This document shows, piece by piece, positions 35,221-48,535 of a stretch of DNA of 56,080 bases (its first letter is position 1; every line of letters starts with the position of its first letter). The stretch is from Microthyrium microscopicum. Its lineage: Eukaryota. The notes beneath the pieces are model-generated. The model was not told the origin of the DNA. It did not search any database and worked only from the letters and a program-made list of their open reading frames with translations. The translations under genes were made by a program, and so were the position numbers. The stretch lies in assembly GCA_010405405.1 (NCBI GenBank), contig MU004234.1, positions 2,011,275 to 2,067,354 on the forward strand, in the 5' to 3' direction.

Positions 35221-38200
35221 ATGTCTTCACCGGCCTTCTTCAATGAAGCGCGATCCCCGATTAATGCGGGTCCACCACAGGATCTCGGCGACCAGAGCTC
35301 AGAAATAGAACGACGGCCCATGCGAGGTAAGGTTAAACACGGCGCCTCAGAAGAGTTATCGCTGACCCTACCCCTAGTCAAGGTTCTATACACGTTCGAT
35401 GATCAAAACAAAACCAACTGTCTTGCTCGTCTTCCAACTACTTTATCCGTACGTGTCGTGACTACAGAGGAACAGACTCAAATTGGTGTTATTGAGCTCA
35501 AAACATGTATCAAAGCTATAGTACTTGCAAGGTTTGTGCTCTGTTTTTCTCGAAAACTGTGTTACTGACATCATCCGAAAAGCCCAGAGCTTCTTTCCAA
35601 GCTCGAAAACGACTATACCGTGTACGCGTACGACTACTCCGAATATGAAACCCCTCTTGTCGGTCAAGGAATGCTCTCCCGAGTTTTGGCATCGACCTCT
35701 CCAACACCAAGCGCGCCTGCTAGTCAATCAGGAACCTGGATCACGGGTCGGGTGTGCAAGAATATATTGGGGTTGTTTGCCAATGGAGCCAAGGAGACGT
35801 TGGAAGTGAAGCTAAAGCTAGTGGCGGTTCCGAATCAATGTCAAAACGAATATGACCGGACAATGGAATCCTACCGATCTCAAACGAGGGGTATGGCTGA
35901 ATCGTTCAACTTCGACATGGCAAGCAATTTTTCTGCCCACGAAGCTGAGTTGGTTGGAAATACATCGTTTCCCCCTCAACAAGCTGTTGGAACTGGCAAC
36001 CGGACGAGTGCTCATGGTGTTGACGCGCTTCAAGACATGCTTACTCCGAATTTCAACAATGACTACGATGACTATAGGTCCCAGACCAACTCTATATACG
36101 ATGGTAGTCGACCGGGTACTCCGGGAGTGGCACCGGGTATGGTTGGAGACGCAGGGAACGGGCTGGATATGTCACGACCATCTTCAAGAGCATCAAAACG
36201 ACCTTCAGCTGGCCCCGATGAGCAAAGTATGGAGGACGGACAGTCAAGAAAGCGGGCACGAGTGACGCAAGCAGAATGGCAAGGTCGAACAAACTTCGGA
36301 GCACAGCCGAACTCATTACGAGTACAGGCGAGCATTGGAGGCTCCATCCGAGAATTCCGACCATCGCTAGCGGGCAATCATACGCTGAATGAGATAGGCC
36401 CTCGAGCTCCAACTCCCCGTCCTGCTGGAAAGCGTCTTCAACCGACCAACCTCTCGCAAAATCAAAGTGGCTTCAGACGTGGGTCGTCTTTATCAGAACC
36501 TTGGACACAGGGACCGCCCTCTGATACCAGTGTTTACGATGATGCAATTAGTAACATTGGATCGAGTCCTGATATCCCATCATCTCCACCAGTATTTGAC
36601 CAACAAGACGACTATCAACAGCAGCCACCTAGTAGTCCAATGCTTCCCGAAAACCACTCTTTGCATGATAGTGGATTTCAAAGCGATTTTCCCACAGATG
36701 CTATTCAATCGGATGCTCCCTTACACGGAGAGTTGGTTGATTCCAACAAGTCCAAAGTCGATCGTTGGCGAGAAACTCGAATCAGGCGGAATAATAAACG
36801 TGCTTGGTCGGAATATGCGCCTGCAGGTAGTGAGCAGAATGAACCACCGCCACCGCCACCAGCACCAACACCTCCCACTATGGTGGTAGAGACTTTGAGA
36901 CAATCACGCGCCCTCAACGCTATCGGCGTATCACATACAATGGCAACAAGCAGTTCATCAAGAAGAAGCAGCAAGCCTAAGTCCGCAGCTGTTCCATCTT
37001 CTGACGTCGGGCTTCCTTTGGAGTCAAATCCTTACCCTTCAAATACTCCACCAGTCCAGACTCACCCTGGTATCCAACCGTCAACTAATCGTCAACCTTC
37101 GACAGCTCAGCCATATCAAAATCATCCAGCTTACCAACTATCAAGTGAAGCGCACGTTGTTCAAGCACCTTTGACTCTATTCGAAGAGCTTAGTAGAGTG
37201 GCTAGTTCTGGACCAACCACAAAATCGCAAGAACTACAACCTGCCGCAAGCTTAACATCTGGGCCTGGCACACGAAATATCCCACTTCCCAAGCGCAATC
37301 CCACCTCACGACAGGGAAAACGTCCGCCGGTGAGAAGCTCGCTGCCTCGATCTAATACATGGGCAGGGCCGTCCTCCGATATGGATGTTATCGAAGTTGT
37401 TGATGTTGAGGAGATAGTGCCTGGTGTGGAGGACCCAAACAAGAAACAGAAGCTTGGATCCGGCGCGATTCGAAGTACTTCAATTTCAAAGCAGTTACAT
37501 GCGGCGGTCGCTACGGGCGAACCTGCAACGTATTGCATGAATTGTGGAGCGATAGAGACCCCAACGTGGCGACCATACTGGGTACGAGTGGAATATGGCA
37601 CTGGAAAAGATGTTGTTTGTGACGACGAGACCGGTATACATTGTGTCCATCCTCTTCACAAGGACGCGGATGGCAAGACCACTACGTATCGCATCTACAA
37701 AAAGACCACGTCCCTGAAACCCGAGGAAAAAGAGATGTTTGACAAATTCGTCCTGTGCAATCGTAGGTTTCATCCAGGATTCGACAGTTGCTTTGCTAAC
37801 ATGATCTAGCGTGCGGTGATTACTTGCGTAAACATAAAATTCATCGACCGCAAGCCGTTTTTGAGAAGTACCAAAAATTACCCAAGAAACCAGCAGGTGC
37901 AGGGTCAGGTCGGAATCGGAAGCGTACCAGAAATCCTGTCGTACCTTCGTCTGATGCCACCCAAGATCCAGCAAGCACTGCCACCGATCAGATGCCTCAT
38001 AGTGATGTCTATCCTGATCTACCTACCCAGCCGACATATCAGACTCCAAGTGCACCCAAACCCGTTAAGGACGTCATGGGACCACCAGAGATACCAGAAC
38101 ACACTGCAGTTCTCCCAGATAATGAGAGAGAAACTGCAATGGCTTTGACAAAGGCTCTTCAGCAAAGCCCGGCGCGTGCTGTTATCGCCCGCAATAAGGA

Positions 38201-39101
38201 GAGCCCGGTCGAGATCGTTGAAGGTCTCACGCCCAAGCCATTGAATAGAGTTCTTTTCCCATCTCCTGGGAAGAGCAATGGGCGGAAATTTTTGGATGAT
38301 CCTTTCACGACAAGTCCAATATCCGGGTCAGCTGGGAACATCTCAAAGAAGACTTCTACCGAGTGTGCTCCCCCAACCGACGAGCAGATTCGAACGCCCT
38401 TGGAAGAACCCGAGCAAGCCGACAAAGAAAACCAGCCACCGCCCATGGAGACAGACGATAACCTCGCCGCCTGCTTCTATGATGTGGTAGACACCACAGA
38501 TATGTCCTCCCCAGCCCGTGCCGAGTTTCTACAATTCTTCAAAACTCCGACCACTTCCAACTCCAATAGACGTTCCACTTCCCGTGGTGCTCTTACTGAA
38601 CTCCCTGAATTGGGCTCCGACGCGCCAAACCTCCCCACTACACCCTCACGCATACCACGCGCAAGTCCAAACCCACTTACACCCTGGACGAAGCAAATCA
38701 TGGAAGGTTTCCCCACCTCGCCCAATAACTCCAACACCAACGCTCTCGATCTTAATAGCCACTTCAATAACTTTGAACTCAACCAAAATGTTGGCAACGT
38801 CTTCGATAGTCCGAATACCCAACTTAACAAAATGCTTAGCTCAGACATCTGGGGCGCACAGAGTGATATGCCGAGTAGTCCGCCTATTATTGCCGGTGGC
38901 ATAGGTGATGGGCAAAGCTATTTCAATTTCTATGAGGATGCGACAGCCACTGTTGGCGCATATGCCAGCGCAGATGGCGCGGCGTTGGCTCTAGAGATGG
39001 AGAGCGCTGGAGCTGATCAGCCGGTCATGAATCAGGAAGCTATAGATCAGGTGGACACTGAGGGCGCAGAGGAAAGAACACAGCCCGAGGACGCGGACTA
39101 G
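35221..39101 (+). CDS. Ams2/Spt21-like GATA-type zinc-finger transcription factor
   Basis: Exons 35221-35326, 35378-35531, 35583-37762, 37810-39101. N-terminal RPMRVKVLYTFD..KTNCLAR..SPEL..DYTVYAYDYSEYETPLVGQGML domain, and a GATA finger CMNCGAIETPTWR...LCNPCG with an expanded loop. Confidence 0.85.
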
Positions 39102-39623
39102 TACCCCGGAGATTCGGATAGCTTGTTCGAAGAGGCGCCTCCGGATAACGGGTGGTGGGACCCAAAAGACACACCGGCGCTGGAAGAGGATACGGCTTTG
39201 TCTTCGAAGACGGTGAATCCGACTGACATAATGAATACCGAAAGCGAGATAACTGAATCGCCAGAGAAGACGACTAAGTCAACAACGGAGAGCGGAGCGG
39301 ATTTGCGGTGATGTTTAAGTGGTGGTTGTAGTATAGTGTATGCCTTACGAAAGCGCGTGCGGTCTTTAGACCACCTTTGGGCATTATTAGCGAATTGCAT
39401 ATGCTTGCGAACCAAGCATTTACTAATGATCTTTACGTTTTTCATGTTCCTGTGATCTGGTCAGTCCTGAATGGTGGTGTCAGATATCCTTCAATCTTTG
39501 GGTTGGGGTGGATATATTCTAAGGTGTCATTCAAAAGGAAACTGTCCTGCGCTTCCAGATCGCGTTTGCGAATAATTTAATGCTTGGATAGATAGGAGCA
39601 CGATAAATCTCTGCTCCGTGAAG

Positions 39624-40034
39624 GCCTGGAAGAACCAGGGCGAAAAGGCAATTATCTACCTAAACATTAGAAGCTCTGTAAGCTTATATAATAGCTTGAG
39701 GTGCTTAGCGCTTAGCGCGCAAGCACCTCTCGCCATTAGCGGACATTAGAGATCAAGGATAATTAAGGATGATTGAGGATGATAGAGGATGATAGTCACT
39801 ATTGGCGGAGAGATTCAATTAAGGATGATAGAGAATAATAGAGCCAATTAGAGTGACGGAAACCTGTCCCCAAATGAACCAATCAAAGGTCTTACTTTAG
39901 GAACCAATCAGAGAGACGAGTTTATATTATATGACGTAGGGCAAATTCATTTCCAGGTGGAAAACTCACCAACCTCCCTTTTTCCTTTTTTTACTAATAC
40001 CATCCCTTCCGAACCTATAAAGGTTCTTCCAGGC
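39624..40034. repeat. Repeat-rich segment bounded by 13-bp inverted repeats (possible old MITE)
   Basis: GCCTGGAAGAACC (39624-39636) and GGTTCTTCCAGGC (40022-40034). Inside: hairpin GAGGTGCTT..AAGCACCTC (39698-39729), tandem AGGATGAT units and two GAACCAATCA copies. No TSD seen. Confidence 0.35.
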
Positions 40035-42657
40035 GTACATTCTAACTAGCAGATATTTACTCCTCCAAGCTCATTGTTAATCGAAAACACAGTGCTCAGA
40101 GCGGCGTTGGACGGGAGGGTAGGCTATTCTAATCCCTGCACTATTCAGCCAATTAGCAGGCCTGTCTTCATGTCTCTCCAACTTCATTCCATCCTCTCTG
40201 ATCAAAGGCGACTTGGAACTTCATATGATATTGGCGCTAAGTTGTCTTTACTAGACTCGCAATAGTGGAGGTCTCGAGTCTTCACAACATAAAGCGAAAT
40301 GGCCATGGAAGTGTATATTTCTCATTTACATCAGTTAGAAGTGCTTTGATTTTTAGCAGAGCCTGATGTATTGATATATTGTAGGACCATATACGGTTGA
40401 AGCGTTTTTTCTTCAGGTTTTACAATGTGGTATATATTTGAATGGGAGTTATTACTGATTATCGCTTAAATTGTTTTGTGAAAGCGATCGGGAATCCTCA
40501 TCGTATTACTAATGTGTAAACTTAAGCCACCTTCTGGGGGGGTTACGGTGCTGAGCTATGGGAATCTCACGTATTCGATTCCAGTGATATTGTTTTTGCT
40601 TTCTAGAAGAGCGATTCATTTGAGCCCGTCCTTCTAAGGATGGACTATGTTTTGATTGTAGCTGTTCATTCTTTTCCTGGTGTCTAGGCGTATCCAGCGC
40701 TCATAATTGATGGCTTTCTACAAGTCTCGGGATTATAGGTGTATCAGTAGCGCTACCCAAGCTTGAACGGAATACGACGTACTCACACAAGCGTATAGCG
40801 TATCTTGATCCGTTGTTCGGGATGGGAGGAATAGTTCTAGTTTTGACCCGCAGCTTCCCGACAACGGACGATGCACAGGTCGTAGATCAGTCTTTCCCTT
40901 TGCTGATGCAGTAGAATTGTTCAATGTGATGGGACTGGAAGCAAACTATTTGCCAAGTCCCATTCACAAAGCGGCGAGTTGATACTGCGTAATGGGTTGC
41001 TCCACACAGGCAGATTCAACCTGAAGCAATCAAGCTGGAACCAGTTCGAACGAAGTCGGGTTTCAAAATGGCTCAGTGGCAATGAGTCTCGCCAGAAGCC
41101 TCTGATTTAAACAGGTCAGCAGAACATACTCTAGCAGAGCTTTACACGGCTTCAATCACAAGAGGTCTAGAATGGGGTAGTGATGACTTAGTAGCTTCGT
41201 CATTGACGATACAAGTCACAAGAGACAAGGCACGGCATGAAGAGGATATTTTTGTTAGTCTTCCTTTGAGTTAGTCCAAAAGTTACAGGATGGTCAGTTG
41301 TTGGGGATCGTTGTTAAGGGATCTTCTCATGGATTTTATTTTTGAAAACGACGTGCAGTGTAGTATATGTTTAAAAGTAGGTGTTTTCTAATTCATATCA
41401 CAATTTAGCTCTGTAAATGCGGTCCAGGAAATGTCACCACATGACTAACCGAAACTAAGCCACGCGCGGTCTGGGCGAGGTGCGGAGTAACGGAGTTCCC
41501 AAGTTCAATTCCTGTGATAAACACTTTCCTACTCAATTCGAAATTAATAATTCTATTGGATTTAGTTTTATTTTTTGCTTTCAGCCCACAAATTCTTTTT
41601 TTTATTCCTTCAAAAGCCCAAGTGGCCCTATTTTATGATAGTATTGTACTCAGTGGTGGTTGACAATCTCATTGTTCCAAAGCTAAGATACGTCACACCA
41701 GGTGCCGAATCTAACTCTCCATACCATTGCCTGGGCTTTCCAATTATTGAGCCCGCACTTCGAACTTGAGCATGCTGCTAAAGAATTGTTTTTCATTCAT
41801 TATCAGCTTGTCTTCAAGACATAATCATGGGTTTCGAATGAAGCGGAGTACAGTGTCATTCTTCCGTGTCTGCAACTATCAAGTGTTCCCAGGCTCGGCA
41901 AGCTATTCGATTCAATGGCGCTCCATTATTTTGCAGGCCTTGAGGATAACTTCTAAGCCAGAAGGATAATTGGGGTCGTCCTTCGAGCTTCCGTCAGTAC
42001 GGGCACGTGTGACACATATTATGCTACCTTTGGAAGTGTCACCTAGGTCTCGTTCGAAAAGAGTTGAATATGGATCAGCAAGCACTTCGGCCGCTTTATA
42101 AGATGCCAATTTTGTATAAAAAGCTAGAAATGATTACACAGTTATCGTTAATGGAAAAGCTTTCAAACCAAGAATTATATTACTTTGCAGTTGTTATCTA
42201 AAACTTTTAATACCGTGAGCAGGGCAAAACAACTACCAGACTTTACTTCAACAAGGCGCAATGTGAATGACATCTGGCATGTGGCAGCTCCAAACAAAGC
42301 TGTCTAATTGAAAGGAGTGCCATCTGGAGGTTCTAAGTACGAAGTTCCATCGCACTTGATGGTTACGATAGTAAGCTACTTCGCTAGCTCAAAATCCTAC
42401 ACGTAGCTATCTGCCTAGAGGTTTTGCAGGACAGGATAAGTGTATCGATGAATTGTCGTAGCTGCAAAGGGTTTCTCTTTTAGTTAACAAAACACAAAAA
42501 AAAGAACTTAGCACATCTGGTGGATCGAGTTCACCCAATAAAGTTGGTCAGTAGAACTGTGAAAGAAAGCAGAAAACCGTACGGGATGCATCATTAGGCC
42601 AATAGCTTCTGGTTCTGTGGTACTCAGACTGCGTTTCTCCGTTCGAGCAGGCGCTTT

Positions 42658-44124
42658 TCAAGCTTCAGTGAATGCAACTTCGTTCTCTTTGATATCGAGG
42701 AGGAGAATTCTTCTTCGAAGATCGCGGAGCGCAGAGGCCTTGTGAGGAGCGTCGTCGAACTTTCCTGCAGGAAAGAACAAGTCGGCCTTGCCGAAATCTA
42801 GCACCATTGCCTCTCGCTGGATATCTGCAAGGCTCAGAAACCTTAAGCGGTTGTTGTTGCTCTTAGTCCGGCGAAAGGGGTTCATCTTTTTCTTCTTGGT
42901 AGGAACTATCAGTCCCAAGAAGCCCATCGATTGCCGCTTGGAGTGAGCACTACCTGAGCCGGATGCCAAAGGACCAACTCTCAAACCGAATGTTGTTGGG
43001 TCGCTATCCCAAAGCTCGCGCTGCTGGATTCCACAAGTATGATCTGCGATGAGGTTGCCGACGATGTTCTGAAAGGTATGTCTGTCGTTCGTATGTCCTG
43101 GTATCTGGATAAAGTGTATGTCGATGTGGAAAGACCAGAGGTAGTGGACTAGTTTGATGACCTCATGACCCAAGGAAATGAACAGATCGGAAACCGTAAT
43201 TGAAGCAGGATCGGAAAGGAACTGAAGGGGATTCTTTCCATCGACAAAGATGGTAAGAGTGGTGCCTGGCTTTGGTTCCCCTTCGAAGATGATCAGTCGA
43301 AGCAGAATGGCGATACCCATCATCTCAGCTTCGTTGTTGTCACTTCCAGTCAGATAAGCTCCTTTGCGAACCCAATCTTGGTGCTTTGGGTCGCGATATG
43401 CGTCTGGAGAAGTAGCGTGTCGAAAGGTTCCAGCACCTCCTAGAGGTTTGGGTACATTTTGGATGTTTGCTTTCCCACAAGATCCATCAGAGTAACCAAA
43501 AATCAGGTTAGGATGCACTACCTTGGAAAGAGCCGCCTCCAGGGCCACACTGTACTTCTTTTCCTTGAATATGATTACGGTCGCAGGTAGCGCTTGGGAA
43601 GGAGGAGAGAAATATTCCACATCCTCGATTCGGTAGTTGAGAACTTTCGCTTTTGCCTTGATATCGTCAGAGAATTCGAGAATGCTTATGGCCGCTTCCA
43701 AGATCCCCAGCTCTTTTAGTGCTAGGTTCGGATATCTATGATCAGTCTGCACATTATCAGTAACTCGGAACTTCATTACCACGGGAAAGGCGGCAGCAAC
43801 CAAGCCCGCTTGACCGGACCTCCCAAATGCGCTAGAACTGAAGTGGTGTAGATAATGTCATAACATGTAATGAGTACCATGAATGGTGGTCACGTAATGA
43901 AATCACAGTATCCGCAATAGTTCAATGTTTTCACGAGTCTGTAAGGTGGAGGAAGCTACCGGCGGTGGTAAAATGCATGATTCAAAGGCGCGCCCGCAAC
44001 GTGATGCTTTAGAACTTACCGCATGGATGCGCTCGGGAAGCTGCGCGAACTCAGGCAGGTCACGCTGCCGACGGAAAGTCCAGAGAGGTTGATCTTCGGG
44101 ATCGTCAGGCTTGAATAAGCCCAT
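42658..44124 (-). CDS. Second stand-alone RNase H (type I, non-LTR-like) domain protein
   Basis: Main ORF 43803-42658 has YSDGS, GGAGTF, NNEAEMMGI, IFVDGK, FIQIPGH, GNLIADH and a basic tail (KKKKMNPFRR). Probable upstream exons from ATG 44124 (donor GTAAGT at 44019) plus a short middle exon; the 5' model is less certain. Confidence 0.75.
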
Positions 44125-46581
44125 GATCAATATGAGGACGAGGCGACAGTAGAGGAATAATGGCGCAGCTGTATTTGAGAGACAAGCAGAAGTGATAGTG
44201 AGGGTTGCGGAAAAGTTCAACAGCAACGAGAACGAATTTGTGGTGGGAGAAGTATTTGAAGGTAAGCGGTGTCGATTTGATAGATTGTAGAATAAGGCAG
44301 CAGTCCACACTCACTGAAAGTGACAGCATGCTCGAGGTGCCTCCCTCATTGCTGGCTTGACTGCTCCTGCCAACTACAATTACCTAGCTGTCTGCATACG
44401 GCATAGAGCTTCTAGGCCGCTTGTTTCTCCCACCTCGTTCAATATTCTCTGTACTCCAGTTCCTTAGTATTCCACCATGATACTTCCATAGATTGCAATA
44501 AAGCGCCGCGTTATTGAAAGACATTCCAATTGGCACTATGAGGTGAGTACATTTTCCAAGAATTTGATTGGTCAGTTTTAATGCTGTCAGTCCCGGACTA
44601 GGAACCAATTAGTGGCCCCGTTTTTATGTTTTTCCTGTGCACTTGCGCTCATTGCCTTCCTAGTAGTAGGCTAACCTGAAGCTATGTTTTCTTCTCAAGC
44701 CGTTTAGATTTGGCTGTTATGCGGTAGGAAGGAGCATTATCAAAAAGTCCAGTTCCGAACTAGATTTTGCTCCATTTGTATATGCCATGAGCCGATTGGG
44801 CATGATCGAATAGTCTACTAAGAATAAATACCGAGGCCTGAAAAGCAAAACGAAAGGTAAAAATATTCAGAAGGAGCGCCTGGGTTTTTGAAAAATGGGA
44901 TCAATAGGTCTGATATGGGATACAAGCTCCCCCCGGTGGGCTATACGCCGACAAAGGCTCAACGTCATCCAGTAACTGAGCGACCTCAAAGAAACAAGAA
45001 CGATGGCAGCCATGGTCCTTTGGAATTTGGATGATAAAGATAAGCTTAGCTATTTTACAATAAAACAGCTGTTAGCATTAATGTAGTTCAAAAATGAGCT
45101 CCGGATGTTTGTGCTGATATATTGCTTTTGCTTGGAAAGGAAACATTTAAGGCACCATAAATGCCATTGTTGATGATACCACTTTGTAACTTTGTTAAAG
45201 CGGCAGAAAGTAGATAACAATTGTTCTTGTATCAGGAAGCTAGATCCAGCCGCGTTAGCGCCTGGGCTAGGCGCAGAGCAACAGGAACTTCTTCGTATTT
45301 GATTTCCGGTGGTATCATATTCAGTGGTCAAACAAAGAAAGTTCAGAATGTATCTTTTTACTTCTTGTTACCCTTCTCACAGCAATTGGATTTTTTTTGA
45401 ATGCCAAGCAAGACCTTGCCCGAAATTGGCACTTTAGAATAGTGAGAATATAACCCTCGTAGGCCCAGAGGAAGATTTGCTGGAGATTCAGTCTCCCTGG
45501 TATCCACGCGAAGCTCAATAAAGCCTGACATTGCTTATGATGTTTGAGCACTTGCCGCTCGACGAGCTTTAGCCCACTCACTGCGCGATGCATTCAAGAT
45601 GGAGCTTATTCAGCGCGAAAGTCTCTCTGGGAACCCATCTAGTATTGTCTCGGAAGTTCTCGGAATTCTACAGGTTTTATTTTTCCTCTGGTCTTTTCTG
45701 TTTCAGCAAAACCGCAACAGCAACAGCAAGAGCGAGCTAGTATCTAATTGGTGGAATGCTTTGTCTCGTGGCGATCAACAGCCAATCAAATCCAAGCCTT
45801 CATGTTTTTTCCAACTTCATCTCATCAAAGGGTAGAAACACTGGAGATGCAACGAATGTAATTCAACTTCAAGGGCGAGATATGATGTTGACTAGGTTTG
45901 GAGCGTCATGTCTCCCATTTCCAAGGTATTTATGCTTCGTATGATTCCGGCAAAGTTGAACAGAGCAAAAATTGCAGGTGGCCTCGAACTCACCACTGTT
46001 TATGCGGAAATTTGAACCTTTTAATAGCTTCATTTTGACCGCATCAACTTTCAATTTTGAGGCGCTTGCGAGCTGAGCCTTGCTAAAGATTGGTTCCAAC
46101 ACAAGCTGGCTTTGAGATGTCAACACTTCGGCTCCTTCTACCACCTCAATACCACTCGGTTGCCACTATATCAGGACCTTCACTGCCCCAGTTTATTTTG
46201 TTGATTATAACCATAACTTGCTCCCTCGTCTTTGGCGCTCTGGATTCTATATAGCCCAACTACCGCCGCCGGCATATTGCTTCCCCAGCAAAAATCAGCA
46301 CCAACTCTATCCCTCAAATCAAACCGTCAGTCCTCGCATCGCTCGTCCTTTCTGCCCAGCACTTCTACCTTGAACACTTATGCTCTGCCTCTGGCGTCGA
46401 TCGCGGCTCGGCTAGCCAGCCCACAAGTGAGACTATTGCCATGCGGGAAGCAGTAAGTATCTCATCAAAGCTCCTTCTACTTGCAGTACTAATATAGCTT
46501 GAGGGTCCTGTTGACAACTCCACTCTCGATGTATCTGAGATTTGCGATCGTCTTCTGTCTGTAGCAATGAATGCATCATCA

Positions 46582-47519
46582 ATGGCGGCCGGACGATTCG
46601 ATATTCAAATACCTGCGCATAATCCTTCCCACACGAAGCGGAAGGCGGCCTTACTTGACAACGAAGCAGCACTGAGCAGCTGTCTCACTAGCTCTACAAA
46701 GTTCAAGCCTGCCAAAGATACCAATTCTTTCAAAAAGCCGCAACACGGCGCCGCCACCGGTAAACGAAAGGCACATTTTCTCAATGACGAAATTGCATTT
46801 GTAGAGCAATTTCAATTGGTTGCCGGGGGGAACTAGAGCCACTGGACGGCCTCCTGTGGTTTCATCGAGAAGTTATCGCCAAAATGCCTTGGTTGGAGAT
46901 AGATATCTGTGCAAATGAGATTACCTTGGCTAGAAATTTTGCTCAAGACGCTTATGCAGCCGTTGAAGAAGCCGATTACGCTATCCAAAATCTCCATCAA
47001 ATCGCTGAGATAGCCAAGAAGAAAGTCCAAGCAACTCAAACCGAAAACGACTTGGCCATCGCTGCCAAGACTTTGTTCGCTGCCAAATCTGGGAAAGCCG
47101 AGGACCGCGCGAAAGAAGCTGCAGCCATGGTCACTCGTACTGATAAGGCGGCTGATGAGGCATACGACACATCTATTCAAGCTAGCTCGATCGGTACTGC
47201 AGCTTGGGAGCGTCTTGGGGAGTACGACTTGACATTTGGTGAGAAAAGTGAGCTCACTCGACAAGCTTTGGACCTCGAGCGTACAATCGACAGCACCGCT
47301 GCTGAAGCCAAGAAGGCGAACAATTGTTACGAAGCTAAGGCTGCTCTGGCTCAAATGGCCGAGGAAAAAGCTGAGACAGCGGTCATATATGCTACAATGG
47401 CTGCCGAAAAAGCCGATATGGCAAAGGTTGAGCTCGATTCGTCCAAGAAAGCAGCTCATATTGTTCAAGAGAGATTGGATAATCTTCCTAATACCAAGCT
47501 TCAAACTGTCGAGACTTGA
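46582..47519 (+). CDS. Ala/Glu/Lys-rich helical (coiled-coil) orphan protein, paralogue A, frameshifted at a G6 run
   Basis: ORF 46582-46836 and ORF 46884-47519 join into one coding-like frame if G6 at 46825-46830 had one more G. The C-terminal part aligns by eye with the 48536-49428 protein. Confidence 0.6.
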
Positions 47520-48535
47520 CTAAGAGATGCTACGTTCAAACTCTTTCGAAAGGCGCGAGCGCCTCAGAAATCTAGCTCCCTAGAAATTGCCAAGAGAAGC
47601 TTGACTGGAGGATCATTTCGAAATGCAGAGCCGGCGTGGCGGCGCGAGGAATGACTGCAAGTGCTGAAATGATTGGAGGGTACATATCGTCACAGTAATG
47701 AACCCGTGTAGTACACGCCTGTTTATATTTGTATACGCTTCGCAGAGATTGCGCGAATAGTGTGTATAACAAGCAGAAAGGACTCTTTGATTTAGCCATC
47801 GAGCCACTGCCAATCTCTAGTATTTGGGATATGGCTCACGCGTCTGTAGTCAACGTGCTTCGGCGTACTTTGCTCTGGATCTGTAGTCGTACCAAGATAA
47901 GCTCCAGTCAGGGCCGTCTAAACTAGCCTTGAAAGTTTGAAATGAAACCGAGCTTCATGGCGGCTGAAGTGACCACAACGGCGGTTTCATCGGCTACAGT
48001 GTCCATTTCGACGACAAACGGGGTGCTTGGATTGCTATGCGGAAGCTCCATCACGTCTGACGAAAGCAATTTGAACAAGTCCTTCAAGTCTCATCACGGA
48101 TGATAGCGAGGCTCACTAGCAACACGCGTAGAAACTCGAAGCTTTATCTGATCGGAATCATCGATACTTGCTGGTCGAAATGTGTAGGATGGAGCCTACA
48201 TCACGCACAGCCCAGAGAGGAACAACAATGGCGGCGTTTGGACCAGAACACCTCAACACTATATGCTCCAGACCACCTCAAACTATAATCTTCACTGACT
48301 CCTGGGATGTCACTATCTTGGTTCTCCAAGTCTTGTTTTTAACAGCCCGCTCCCTCGCCGACCTTATTGTCTCCCAATGCTATGTACCTACCATTTCCGC
48401 AACCTAACTCTCGCGATCAAGAAATATCAAAGCCAAGCTGGAAAAGAAACACAAATTTGACCACAGCTGGCGTTGTTGAGGCAGTCTGCGATTCAAAAAC
48501 CTATCTCAATCGCCCTCAAGAATCTCAGCTTCATC

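Noticed and set aside
40300..41300. Possible decayed minus-strand gene with intron-like signals
   Set aside because: Many stops and no recognisable product.
45050..46144. Chain of minus-strand short ORFs resembling a pseudogene
   Set aside because: Cannot be assigned to any family from sequence alone.
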